IMG/VR virus record: IMGVR_UViG_3300024988_000017
Span: 1 to 32,160 of that record
Strand: one strand, 5' to 3'
DNA from: a virus
Lineage: Duplodnaviria > Caudoviricetes
Length of the DNA stretch: 32,160 nt
In this document: piece after piece, positions 1 to 8,607 of the stretch
How positions within the stretch are numbered: position 1 is the stretch's first letter
Layout: every line of letters starts with the position of its first letter
The notes under the pieces: model-generated
Told to the model about the DNA's origin: nothing
Databases searched by the model: none
The model's input: only the letters and a program-made list of their open reading frames with translations
Translations under genes and position numbers: made by a program

Positions 1-1
1 C

Positions 2-373
2 GCAGCCTTCGGCTCGTCTGCCCTTGCAGGCCTTTCGACAGAGGCCCTCGACACGTTCTCGCATGACAAGCTCGCCGCCATCAGCGCCGGCGCGATCAAG
101 GGCCTGCCACCGGGCTACATGGCGACGCTCTCCGAAAGCGAAATCGCCGCGCTTGGTACGGAAGCGATCTCCGGCCTCAGCAGCGCGCAGATCGCGGCGC
201 TCAGCACCGCGCAGGTGGAAGCCTTCTCGCTTGCCCAGATCGCCGCACTGAGCCTGCCGGGCATTGCCGGCCTCACCTCCGCACAGATGCAGACCATCTC
301 TGCGGAGGAGCTGGCCGCCATCGGAACGGCGGCCATCCGCGGTGTAGCTCGCCGCGATTTTTCGGAATTTTGA
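2..373 (+). pseudogene. Host repetitive surface/adhesin-like protein (LSxAQIAAL-type repeats), 5' part outside the window, truncated by prophage insertion after nt 342
   Basis: Frame open from nt 2: AAFGSSALAGLSTEALDTFSHDKLAAISAGAIKGLPPGYMATLSESEIAALGTEAISGLSSAQIAALSTAQVEAFSLAQIAALS...AAIRG. The 8-residue periodicity stops abruptly at TGT (343) and a stop follows 9 codons later. Confidence 0.7.
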
Positions 374-500
374 CACGAGAGATCGGAATTTCTGAAATTC
401 CGAATGCGGTGACAAAATGGGTTCGAAGTCGAATCAAAGGCCCTTTAAAGGGGGCGAGCTTGTGTACTCGCTCAAGCCTTGACGATCTTCCGAATCGAAT
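343..500. repeat. Prophage right end (attR-like) with putative transposase-binding repeats
   Basis: Starts 5'-TGT like Mu ends. TCGGAATTT at 362-370 and 383-391 (21-bp spacing), inverted copy AAATTCCGA at 395-403, TTCCGAAT again near 488, perfect palindrome CCCTTTAAAGGG at 441-452. Confidence 0.65.
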
Positions 501-635
501 TGCGCGGTGTGCCAGATCGGATGGCAGCAGAAGTTGCGCTATTCGAGCCGCCTCTAAGACCTCTTTAATGCGCGCCCCTTGATGCCATACTCAGGTCGCT
601 GATAGCGTATCGCGGGGTTCAATCTGGAGGGGAAT

Positions 636-926
636 ATGGCCACCATTATACGCAAGGAAGTTCGGAAGCGCGGTTTCTTCGGGTGGGTGTTCCTGCTCAT
701 TTTTGTTGGCTTCAATCTCCTCATGCTGCTCTGGATCATCGCGGGCCTTTCAGCGGTGGGTGGAGCGCCGGGAGCATCAGAGGCGGAAAATGCTGGACGT
801 GCGATCGGGTCAGCCATCGGTGTCGGTATCATCTTCTTCATCTGGGCATGCGGCTCAATCATCCTCGGGCTTCTCGCCCTTGTCACACGCGGCCGAAAGA
901 CGATTATCGAGGAGACCATGGCATGA
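636..926 (+). CDS. Accessory (moron) membrane protein, 96 aa, two predicted TM helices
   Basis: GGAGGGG SD before ATG; basic N-terminus then hydrophobic FFGWVFLLIFVGFNLLMLLWIIAGL and AIGSAIGVGIIFFIWACGSIILGLLALV. Confidence 0.85.
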   Translation: MATIIRKEVRKRGFFGWVFLLIFVGFNLLMLLWIIAGLSAVGGAPGASEAENAGRAIGSAIGVGIIFFIWACGSIILGLLALVTRGRKTIIEETMA

Positions 927-1237
927 AGCGAACATCCTCTTTGGTGGCAGCGCTCGTGCTCTTAGCGCCGGCGGCTGCCGGCGCGGCCATGGACATCAAC
1001 AAAATGCAAATGGCCACAGGGCTGGCGGAGATCATCTCGCGGGCCGAACATTGCGGCTACAAAGTCGATGAGGCTGCGCTTGAGACCTACTACGAGAAGT
1101 CTGGTCTAGCCAACCCCGAGGCGCTGGCCTTCATCAGTGGCAACATCGCCATGAGCGAGTTCGCGCAGAAGCCAAACGCATCAACCTGCACGCTTGCCAG
1201 AACGACAGGACGCAGCATCGGCATTCTGGCCAAGTAG
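923..1237 (+). CDS. Accessory secreted/periplasmic protein, 104 aa, signal peptide and two Cys
   Basis: ATGA overlap with the upstream stop; MKRTSSLVAALVLLAPAAAGA signal peptide; HCGY...TCTL. True start at 923 within the 683..1237 ORF. Confidence 0.8.
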   Translation: MKRTSSLVAALVLLAPAAAGAAMDINKMQMATGLAEIISRAEHCGYKVDEAALETYYEKSGLANPEALAFISGNIAMSEFAQKPNASTCTLARTTGRSIGILAK

Positions 1238-1262
1238 GTTCCTCTACCAAACTTCAAAGATC

Positions 1263-1293
1263 TGCCGGGCAAGCATATGAACTGTGCCCGGCA
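1263..1293. terminator. Hairpin between convergent genes, possible bidirectional terminator
   Basis: TGCCGGGCA (1263-1271) / TGCCCGGCA (1285-1293) 9-bp stem between stops at 1237 and 1299; no strong U tract. Confidence 0.45.
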
Positions 1294-1298
1294 CCGGC

Positions 1299-2282
1299 TC
1301 ACGTCTTGCCCTCCTCGGGAGCCTCGATCTCCACAGTTGTCATGTATGTGTCCTGATAGACGTGATCGACGCCGGCGCAGCGCCATGGGCCGTTGCATTC
1401 GGATCGGAAGTCCTCAGTCACTATCGGCGCGTCAGCCATGATGTCCGGGCGGCCAGCAAGAGTGAGCGACCCGGAGCCGGTGGCCCGACCGAGGCGTTGG
1501 CCTTCAGACTTTGCCGCGGCGCTCGCTTCCTCTTTTGTCGGCAGCACTCTGCGAATGCGTTTTGTCGAGCCGTCGAGGCCAGTTTCTTCCGCTTCATAAA
1601 AGACCTGGTTCGTCTTCCGGTCGTACCAACCGGCCTCGACTTTGCCATAGAGCGGGCGCGGCTCAATGTCGAAACTCCAGCCTTCGCACTGATATTTGCT
1701 GATGGTCACCGGCCCGAGTATGCCGCGCTTGACGAAGACGAATTTACCTCCTTTCGGAGAAAACAGAGCGCCGAACCGGTCGGCGAGATGGGTGAGGAAA
1801 TCAGCGCTGCCTCGCTCGTAGCGCGCGATGTACGGGATTTTGATCGAAGCCAACTCGTCATCCACCTTCACCTGGTATTGATGCCGATTGGCTAGTGTGC
1901 TGACGATCTCGCCGACCGTCGTGTCCTGGAAGTGCTCGCTATACTGCTCCTTCAGGTCAGAGCGCATGTCGGCCGAGCGGCCTGAAATGGTGATGAACTC
2001 GCCTTCGTCACCGCCTTCGATCGACGTCTTCTCGTAGGTGAACAAGCCCATTTTCTGAGATGTTGCCACTCCAAAACCGTCGCGAAAACCAAAGCGCGCG
2101 AGGAGTAGGGCGCCCTTGTTCGGTATCGGCACGTTATTGCCGGCGTCATCGAAGCGGAATGAGCAGTTGTCGGCCTCCTGGCCGGGGGCATCGTGAATAG
2201 TCGCCGAGACCAGGCGCTCGTAAAAGAAGCCGTTGACCGGCGCTCCGTTCACAAAGACCTCAATAAAGGGAAATAGGCTCAT
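1299..2282 (-). CDS. Phage late control D / baseplate hub protein (P2 GpD-like)
   Basis: RLVSATIHDAPGQEADNCSFRFDD, LADRFGALFSPKGGKFVF, GSLTLAGRPDIMA; last gene of U-X-D block; start MSLFP overlaps the gpX stop. Confidence 0.9.
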   Translation of the reverse strand: MSLFPFIEVFVNGAPVNGFFYERLVSATIHDAPGQEADNCSFRFDDAGNNVPIPNKGALLLARFGFRDGFGVATSQKMGLFTYEKTSIEGGDEGEFITISGRSADMRSDLKEQYSEHFQDTTVGEIVSTLANRHQYQVKVDDELASIKIPYIARYERGSADFLTHLADRFGALFSPKGGKFVFVKRGILGPVTISKYQCEGWSFDIEPRPLYGKVEAGWYDRKTNQVFYEAEETGLDGSTKRIRRVLPTKEEASAAAKSEGQRLGRATGSGSLTLAGRPDIMADAPIVTEDFRSECNGPWRCAGVDHVYQDTYMTTVEIEAPEEGKT

Positions 2283-2545
2283 TCGTCCCAAAGCCTCCGC
2301 ACTTCATCCGAGCCGGCCTGCACCACAAACTCGGGCAAGTTCACTTCCGTGCCGAGGGGTAAAAGGGCGCCGAGATCGGCAAGACCGGGGTTGGCGTCGA
2401 ATGTGGCTTCGACATAGTTTTTGATTCGTCCCGCGGCGCGGCGATCTTGAAGCACCTGCATGAGATAGCCGAAACAAACGAGATCGACTGTTGCGTCCTC
2501 GACGATGACGCGGGCCTTCGAAGCGGGGATGATGCGCACGGTCAT
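2279..2545 (-). CDS. Tail protein X (P2 GpX, LysM-like)
   Basis: TVDLVCF...VEATFDANPGLADLGALLPLGTEVNLP...RLWDE signature. Confidence 0.9.
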   Translation of the reverse strand: MTVRIIPASKARVIVEDATVDLVCFGYLMQVLQDRRAAGRIKNYVEATFDANPGLADLGALLPLGTEVNLPEFVVQAGSDEVRRLWDE

Positions 2546-2964
2546 CCGAATAGCCCCACTGGTCGACCGGAAGCCCCGAGCGGCGCCACCTCTATTTCAT
2601 AGCTTATGCGACGGCCATGGCCGTCACGGTTGATCGATGTTTGCTGGTCACGGATCGCCAGGATAACCACAAGGCCATAGATGTTTGCAGCCGTTCCGCT
2701 TCCTGCCCATCCAGCCATTGTGACGGGCACGGCGCTGCGTTGGGTCGCGCGTAGCGCCTCAAGCTCTTCTCGCCCGCCCAGCTCCTCGGGAAAAAGGAGG
2801 CCAGAAATCAATATTGGATCTTCGCCATATCCGGTCATCTGGCGACCAGGCCGTCCCGCGAAGCGGGAGATCGCCGCCCATTTGACGGTCGTCTCTCGAT
2901 CAAGCGCCTGAAATGAAAGCGGTGCAATCGAAAAGATATGCGGGCCCAGCGCAAGTAGAGCCAT
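2542..2964 (-). CDS. Tail tube initiator (P2 GpU-like)
   Basis: MALLALGPHIF...WAAISRFAGRPGRQMTG...ISGLLFPEELGG; directly after the tape measure gene. Confidence 0.9.
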   Translation of the reverse strand: MALLALGPHIFSIAPLSFQALDRETTVKWAAISRFAGRPGRQMTGYGEDPILISGLLFPEELGGREELEALRATQRSAVPVTMAGWAGSGTAANIYGLVVILAIRDQQTSINRDGHGRRISYEIEVAPLGASGRPVGLFG

Positions 2965-5477
2965 TACTCGGTCCCTCCATGAAGCGCCCCGGTTTTGGCA
3001 TTGTTGATGGCATTGCCGACGCTGCCGCCACGGTTCCCGCCGGCAACAGTCGAGCCGATCTTGCCGGCCGCTGCGCTGATCGCGCCGGCAACGCCAAGCA
3101 GCTCCCGTCCGACCCGCGACAAGGCCGCTGCCGCATCCTCGCCGCCGCGCGCCACGGCCGCGCCACCTTGTTCGCCTCCGCGCACGAGATCCAGCGCCGA
3201 AGAGTGCAGGTCTTTGACGTTGCTCCAGAGGTCAGAAAGCGCACTGCTCTGGCCACCAGTGCTATCGGGCTTGCCGCCACCGGATACGTCGCTGACCGTC
3301 TTGGTCACGGCCGTCTTGGCGCCGGGCTTGTCGTCAGTGCCGTTCCAATAGTTCGACCAGTCATCCGCCCAGCCGCCCAGCTTCTCTTCGGCGGCGGCTG
3401 TGAAATCGCGGTTTTTCTCCGCCAGCCATTTCAGCCACGCGGGCGGCTCAGGCCAGTTGATCTTGAGGTCGAAGGTCAAGAGGTCGCTGACCACGCCGAG
3501 CATCGATTTGAAGCCGTCGATGATGCTCTGTGCCAGGCGTGCGCCGGCTGCGTACATCTCAGCCTGCTCGCCTTCCGACAATCGCTCCTGGCTAAACCAG
3601 CTGCCTAGCCAATCCCAGAACTCGGAGAGCTTGGCCCGTGCACCATCGATGAGCCCGGAAAAGTCAAACGCTTCGGCCATCCGGGCCTTGAAACGTTCAA
3701 CTGCGCCAGGGTCGATGCCGAAAATCGCGGCGTTGAACTTGATAAATTTGTCGGCAAAGCCCGACAGGCGGTCACCGACGCCGCTGAACGCGTTTGCGAA
3801 CACCGAGGCGAAGCCGGTCGAGAATGACGAGATGCGGTCCCAGAACTTCCAGACCGCAAAGCCGGCAGCGGCAAGGGCACCGATAACCGCCCATGCCGGC
3901 GCGGTAATGGTGGCAAGTGCTGTACCGATCGCGGTCATCGCGGCAGCCAAGCCCCCGAAGACGCCGCCGCCCGAAACCATGGCGAGCATCCGGAAGCCGG
4001 CGACAGCATTCCGAAGGCCCGGCACATGCCGCACCAGTTCGCCGAAGGCGCCGCCGAGGAAGGACAGAGGCAAGCGCAGCGCCGTGGCAGCACCGCGCAT
4101 CAGTCGCCAGCCGCTCGCGATGTTTCGGCCATCCTTGTCGAATTTCAGGAACATGGCCGCGAGATTGATCAGCGGAAGCCGAAGGGCGGCAACGCCGAAC
4201 GCCAACAGGCGGCTGGCGATGCTGAAGGCCATCAGGCCGGCAGCGCCCTGGACCAGACCGGAGGCAAGCTCGGGGTTCGCGTCGGTCCATACCGAGATCC
4301 TGTCCAGCAGCTCAATCATCGCCTCGCTCGCCTGGAAGAACGTCGGCAGCAGCTTGTCGCCGATCATGATCGCCAAACGATCGAGGTTGTTGCGCAGCAA
4401 CTCCCAGCGCTTCTCCGCGCCCTCTGCCTGCTTTCCAGCTTCTTCCGTCGCCGACCCGGCATAGCCCGCCTGCTCGGCGACAAGCTCAAGCGCCTGACGG
4501 AGCAGTTCCGGATTACCCAGAAACTTGGCGAAATCATCGGCGAAGTCCTGGCCGACCAGTTTGATCAGGGCTTCCATGCCCTTCGGTGACGTCGCCATGG
4601 AGTTGAAGAGCTTTTCAAGCGCCGCCGGACCATCGGCAGCAAGGTCCTTCTGGAACTGCTTACGCGTCATGCCGAGCATCTTGAACGCCTTGTCGACGTC
4701 CTTGCCACCTGCGACCACGCGGTTGGAGAGCGCCGAGAGACCGCGCGCCGCCGTCTCGGGCGCGATGCCGGCCGCGATCATGGCTGCGCCGACAGCCGAC
4801 ATTTGAACGGCCGTCAGGTTCAGCGTCTTCGAAGCGCCCGCGGCGCGGTTGGCGAAGTCCGTGATCTCGCTCGCCTTGGCCGCCATCTTGTTGGATAGGT
4901 GGTTGGTGGCATCCCCGAGATCCATGATGCCTTGCTGGTTGAGCTTGTAGACGTTGCGCAGCTTCGCGAATCGCTCCCCGATCTCTGCGCCGGCCATGTC
5001 GAAGGCGACGGCGGCCTTGGCGACATAGAGGGAGAAGGCTTCAAGCTCGGCTTCCGGCACGCCGCCCTGGGCAGCTTCCGCCATCAGCTCGACGAGGCTC
5101 CCGGCCGCAATCGGTACGATGGCGGAGGTGTCAAGCGCGAACTTGCGCAACTGCTTAAGACGGGAATGCGTGACATCGAGAACCTTGTCGAGGCCGCGCA
5201 TCGACTGGTCGAAGGAAGCAGCCTTCATCACCGGGGCAGCAAGGGAGAACGCCATGCCGATCGCGCCGAGAAGGCGGGAACGGGCATTGGAAAAAGCCCG
5301 CTCGGCGTTCTGGGTCGCCGCCTCGATATTCTCGACGGAAAAGCCCTCGCGAATCGCCTGGCCGAAACCCTGCTTCATACCGGCGACGACGCCGGAAATA
5401 CCCTGAAAGCCAGCCTTGATCTTCTGGGCGGGACCGGACGCCTGGTCGATCAGCCGAATGAGAAGCGAGACGTCCAT
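2964..5477 (-). CDS. Tail tape measure protein (TP901-family core)
   Basis: Long Ala/Gly-rich helical protein; MDVSLLIRLIDQASGP, AASFDQSM, GDATNHLSNKMAAKASEI. Start at ATG 5477 just after the frameshift product stop (ORF track extends to 5498). Confidence 0.93.
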   Translation of the reverse strand: MDVSLLIRLIDQASGPAQKIKAGFQGISGVVAGMKQGFGQAIREGFSVENIEAATQNAERAFSNARSRLLGAIGMAFSLAAPVMKAASFDQSMRGLDKVLDVTHSRLKQLRKFALDTSAIVPIAAGSLVELMAEAAQGGVPEAELEAFSLYVAKAAVAFDMAGAEIGERFAKLRNVYKLNQQGIMDLGDATNHLSNKMAAKASEITDFANRAAGASKTLNLTAVQMSAVGAAMIAAGIAPETAARGLSALSNRVVAGGKDVDKAFKMLGMTRKQFQKDLAADGPAALEKLFNSMATSPKGMEALIKLVGQDFADDFAKFLGNPELLRQALELVAEQAGYAGSATEEAGKQAEGAEKRWELLRNNLDRLAIMIGDKLLPTFFQASEAMIELLDRISVWTDANPELASGLVQGAAGLMAFSIASRLLAFGVAALRLPLINLAAMFLKFDKDGRNIASGWRLMRGAATALRLPLSFLGGAFGELVRHVPGLRNAVAGFRMLAMVSGGGVFGGLAAAMTAIGTALATITAPAWAVIGALAAAGFAVWKFWDRISSFSTGFASVFANAFSGVGDRLSGFADKFIKFNAAIFGIDPGAVERFKARMAEAFDFSGLIDGARAKLSEFWDWLGSWFSQERLSEGEQAEMYAAGARLAQSIIDGFKSMLGVVSDLLTFDLKINWPEPPAWLKWLAEKNRDFTAAAEEKLGGWADDWSNYWNGTDDKPGAKTAVTKTVSDVSGGGKPDSTGGQSSALSDLWSNVKDLHSSALDLVRGGEQGGAAVARGGEDAAAALSRVGRELLGVAGAISAAAGKIGSTVAGGNRGGSVGNAINNAKTGALHGGTE

Positions 5478-5478
5478 G

Positions 5479-6005
5479 TCACTTGTCCGCCTTGGCACTC
5501 ATGATGCGCACCATATGCGCATGCAGGAAACAGGCCTCGACCCAGTCGAAGTCGTCTACTGCGCGGGGATCGTAGCGGCCGCCGATGGCGAGATCGCCTG
5601 CAACATCCCAGACGCCGCGGACTGGAGTTTGGGAAAAAAACCGGCGAACGCCATCACCAGGGCCGGGAGATCAACCACATCGACGTCGTCGATCGTGGCT
5701 TGGTCCTCATCGCACAGATTGGCGATCAGAGCGGTCAGGCCATCCAGGCGATCCTCGTTGAGGAGCGCATTCAGGACCTTTCCGACAAGCTCGCGGCCTT
5801 CGACCTTTGCGGTTTGCGCAGTATCGTCGGAAAGCAGGATGTCGAGCACGTCCGCGCCGATCAGCGCGGCAAGGCGCTTGGCGTGCCGGGTCTTTGGTCG
5901 ACGCAGAACGAGCGAGGAGCGCTCGGCGGTCTTGCCGTCGGCGGCCGGGACGGTCACGGGAACCGCCAGGGGGACGGAGATGGTAGTCTTGAGGGCGGTG
6001 TCCAC
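5479..6005 (-). CDS. Frameshifted long form of the tail assembly chaperone (E+E'/GT-like), -1 programmed frameshift at 5634-5640
   Basis: Slippery run GGT TTT TTT CCC; the -1 frame reads SQTPVRGVWDVAGDLAIGGRYDPRAVDDFDWVEACFLHAHMVRIMSAKADK and stops 1 nt before the tape measure ATG. Confidence 0.75.
5556..6005 (-). CDS. Tail assembly chaperone (P2 GpE / Mu gp41-like)
   Basis: VPLAVPV...LVLRRPKTRH...IDDVDVVDL...AGFF; between tube and tape measure genes. Confidence 0.85.
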   Translation of the reverse strand: MDTALKTTISVPLAVPVTVPAADGKTAERSSLVLRRPKTRHAKRLAALIGADVLDILLSDDTAQTAKVEGRELVGKVLNALLNEDRLDGLTALIANLCDEDQATIDDVDVVDLPALVMAFAGFFPKLQSAASGMLQAISPSAAATIPAQ

Positions 6006-6014
6006 GGTGAACTC

Positions 6015-6533
6015 CTACGACAGGATACGGCGGCGGGCGGGCAGATAGGGCTGGAAATTCCAGATATCCCAGCCGCCCAGTTTGAAATTGAAGCGATGCA
6101 TGGCGCGCCCGTCCCAGAACTCGGTATAGTTCCAGATCCCCATCACCTCGTTGTCGTAACCATTGACTTTGCCGGCCGTCATGGCCTCACCCTCGATCTT
6201 CGAAAGTCGGCCACGGCAGTCGAACATATGCTCGTGGGTGCTGCCGTCCTCTTCGGAGATGATGAGTTTCTTGCCGGTGAAGGAGCGCCGGAACCCGGGA
6301 GGGCCACCGAACAGACCGACTATCTCGGGATTGTGAGTCTTGAGCTTAAACGGAAGCTTGAACGCCTTCACGCCCATGCCCGTGACGTCGATTTCCATGT
6401 CGCTGCCACCCGGCTGATAGCTTTCGCTGATCTCCTCGAGGACAGGAAGTTTCATTTCGGCAATGTCGAGGCCGAGATTGCGGTTGTCATCGACGATCAG
6501 CGTGAAACCGCGAAGGATGCGAAGGTCACCCAT
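6015..6533 (-). CDS. Major tail tube protein (P2 FII-like)
   Basis: EMKLPVL...YQPGGSDMEIDV, RGRLSKIE; follows the sheath gene. Confidence 0.9.
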   Translation of the reverse strand: MGDLRILRGFTLIVDDNRNLGLDIAEMKLPVLEEISESYQPGGSDMEIDVTGMGVKAFKLPFKLKTHNPEIVGLFGGPPGFRRSFTGKKLIISEEDGSTHEHMFDCRGRLSKIEGEAMTAGKVNGYDNEVMGIWNYTEFWDGRAMHRFNFKLGGWDIWNFQPYLPARRRILS

Positions 6534-6544
6534 GGGAAAGGTCC

Positions 6545-7840
6545 TTACTGGAGGTAGTCGGCGATCGTGCCGCCGAATTCGACGCTGACGCGCCGCTGGA
6601 TTTCCGACGCGAGATTGTCGAAATAGGCCTCGTTGCGACGCGAACCGAAGATGAGATCTTCGAGCGGCGGCGCCTCCTCGGCGTCGAACTCAACGCGAAC
6701 CTTGCCAAGACGGAGGGAGGCGTTGACGTTCATCGAGCGGTCGAAATAGACGCGCCCGCCGAGAATGGCGCCGACCCCCGTCATGCTGTCGAGAAGGTCC
6801 TGAAGCGACCTCATGACGGCAACGACATGCTGTGCCGACATATTGTCGTCGATCGCCCAAGGGCGGAAACCTCGAACGATGGCCTTCTCGATCGTTGCGC
6901 GGGTCCGCACGACGTTGACGAACTTCCAGATGGGATCTTCGGCGGCTGTCCGGTTGCCCCACAGGATGCGCCCATTCGGCGAGAACTGGCCGCCGGCGCC
7001 TTGGACTATCCGGGAGGGAATAAAGGTCGCAATGCCCGCCTCGTTCAGGAGGTTTGCCTCGTGGTCGATTTCGCCATCGAAGTAGGTGACCGGTCGCGCC
7101 GTCCCGAGAATACCAAGCACTTCCTGGTTGGATGGCGACCAGTACGGCCCGCCTTTTTGTTTGTCGCGCTTGACGAACATCGCGGCGGCGAAGGGCGATG
7201 CCGGCCGCGCTACGATGGCGGCCCCTTCGGACACGCGCACGAAAGGATCCACGAGATACGTGTAGCGGGACGAAAAGTCCGCCCGATAGGCAAGGCTGGC
7301 ATCGCTGTCCGGCCCCCCTGTGTCGAAAACCGTAACGGCCTTCAGCTTGGCTCCGACGCTTTCGATAGCCGCAGCATAGGGGTTCTTTGCGCCTGCGACG
7401 CGGCCGGCCGCAGGGGCGCCTCCGACGATAATGTCCGGTGAACGGCCGACATGACCTTCAGCATAGGACAGCGCGTGCGCACCGGTCATCGAGGCTGCCG
7501 TGCCGATCAGCCGTGCGAGTTCTTCCTCCGCCTTTTCGACTGGATCCGTTTTGACGCTGTGTGCCACGCGGGATGCAACGATCGCGACCTCGATACCCTG
7601 TGCCCGGGCCGCGTTCACCAGAGCGAGCGCCGTGTTGCCGACGCCGGTCCCTAGTGCGGCCACCTTGTCGGCCTGATGGCTGAAGAATAGCGTTGGCTCG
7701 CTGTCTGGGGGAAAGGCGCTGTCATCTGCCGTCGAATCGACGAAGTTGACAGCAAGCGTTGTGGTGTCGGCAAGTTCCAACGGGCGGCTGGATGAACCGG
7801 CATCGATAACGCGGGTGCCGTGATTGAAGGTAGTGGCCAT
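6545..7840 (-). CDS. Contractile tail sheath protein (P2 FI-like)
   Basis: FNHGTRV, GPYWSPSNQ, ANLLNEAGI, LWGNRT...WKFVNVVRT, PPLEDLIF motifs. Confidence 0.95.
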   Translation of the reverse strand: MATTFNHGTRVIDAGSSSRPLELADTTTLAVNFVDSTADDSAFPPDSEPTLFFSHQADKVAALGTGVGNTALALVNAARAQGIEVAIVASRVAHSVKTDPVEKAEEELARLIGTAASMTGAHALSYAEGHVGRSPDIIVGGAPAAGRVAGAKNPYAAAIESVGAKLKAVTVFDTGGPDSDASLAYRADFSSRYTYLVDPFVRVSEGAAIVARPASPFAAAMFVKRDKQKGGPYWSPSNQEVLGILGTARPVTYFDGEIDHEANLLNEAGIATFIPSRIVQGAGGQFSPNGRILWGNRTAAEDPIWKFVNVVRTRATIEKAIVRGFRPWAIDDNMSAQHVVAVMRSLQDLLDSMTGVGAILGGRVYFDRSMNVNASLRLGKVRVEFDAEEAPPLEDLIFGSRRNEAYFDNLASEIQRRVSVEFGGTIADYLQ

Positions 7841-7844
7841 GCAG

Positions 7845-7869
7845 CTTGTCTCCGGATTTCGGAGACAAG
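7845..7869 (-). promoter_or_regulatory. Hairpin occluding the sheath gene Shine-Dalgarno
   Basis: Perfect 10-bp stem CTTGTCTCCG / CGGAGACAAG; the mRNA GGAG SD lies in the 3' arm. Confidence 0.6.
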
Positions 7870-7895
7870 AGACACGCTCGCTCGCGCGAACACGC

Positions 7896-7912
7896 CACTG
7901 ACATTGTCAGTG
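7896..7912. promoter_or_regulatory. Palindromic late-activator site upstream of the sheath operon
   Basis: CACTGACA-T-TGTCAGTG; the same core occurs at 21409 and 29066. Confidence 0.75.
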
Positions 7913-8055
7913 AGAGTATAATTCGTCCGGCGGATATTCGCGTAACCGCGCCCGGAGCTGAGCTTAAATGGAGCTTAATGTGGGTTTATAGCCCGCGTCA
8001 AACATACAGAAAGCCGCCATGGCCTTCTCCTCCATATTGGGCGTGGAGCACAACG

Positions 8056-8090
8056 TGCCGCCTGACTGCCCAGCAAACAGTCAGGCGGCA
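8056..8090. terminator. Strong 13-bp hairpin downstream of the fibre operon (terminator or RNA structure)
   Basis: TGCCGCCTGACTG (8056-8068) / CAGTCAGGCGGCA (8078-8090), 9-nt loop; no poly-U tract. Confidence 0.5.
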
Positions 8091-8158
8091 TTGAGCCGGC
8101 GGAAGGAGGCACCGGCCCGAAGGGATGGATTGTGCCGCCGCAAGAATGTCGGGCTGCA

Positions 8159-8473
8159 CTACCGTAGCAAATAGACCGCCCAGACGGCGGCATAGACGAT
8201 GATGTTGCCCGCCATGTCTGTGACATTGCTCCAGCGGGTCCACATGAGATACCAAGCGCGAGGCGAGCCAGCGGGCAGCTTGAGCCCAGTCTCGCAGTCC
8301 CTTTTCTCACGGCCCCAGTACCAGGCAATGGCGATGGCGCCGGCATGGAAATAGGCGGTCCATGGATCATGGCCGGCGAGGTTGACGAGGATCAGCGCGA
8401 CGACGGCCGCGATGAGCTGGCCTTCGAGGATGTGGCCGATGAACGACTTGTCGATCTTGAACTCGCCTTTCAT
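8159..8473 (-). CDS. Hypothetical membrane protein, 104 aa
   Basis: MKGEFKIDKSFIGHILEGQLIAAVVALILV...AWYWGREKRD...; ATGA coupling to the upstream lipoprotein gene; hydrophobic segments. Confidence 0.75.
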   Translation of the reverse strand: MKGEFKIDKSFIGHILEGQLIAAVVALILVNLAGHDPWTAYFHAGAIAIAWYWGREKRDCETGLKLPAGSPRAWYLMWTRWSNVTDMAGNIIVYAAVWAVYLLR

Positions 8474-8592
8474 CGGCTGCGCTCCTGAAGCTCGAGAATG
8501 GTTTGTAGGTCCCGCCACTGGCGATCCTCTCGGGAGGCGCATGCGGCGAGGACTAGGCAGCACAGGGCCGCTGCGAGGGTGCGGTTGGTCAT
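8470..8592 (-). CDS. Small lipoprotein, 40 aa (below the ORF-track cutoff)
   Basis: MTNRTLAAALCCLVLAACASREDRQWRDLQTILELQERSR; lipobox LAAC; SD GAGGGAGG; stop overlaps the next ATG. Confidence 0.7.
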   Translation of the reverse strand: MTNRTLAAALCCLVLAACASREDRQWRDLQTILELQERSR

Positions 8593-8607
8593 GGCGCTCG
8601 CCCTCCC

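Noticed and set aside
343-500. CRISPR array or integrase att site
   Set aside because: Repeats are short, degenerate and have no spacers; they fit transposase-binding ends better.
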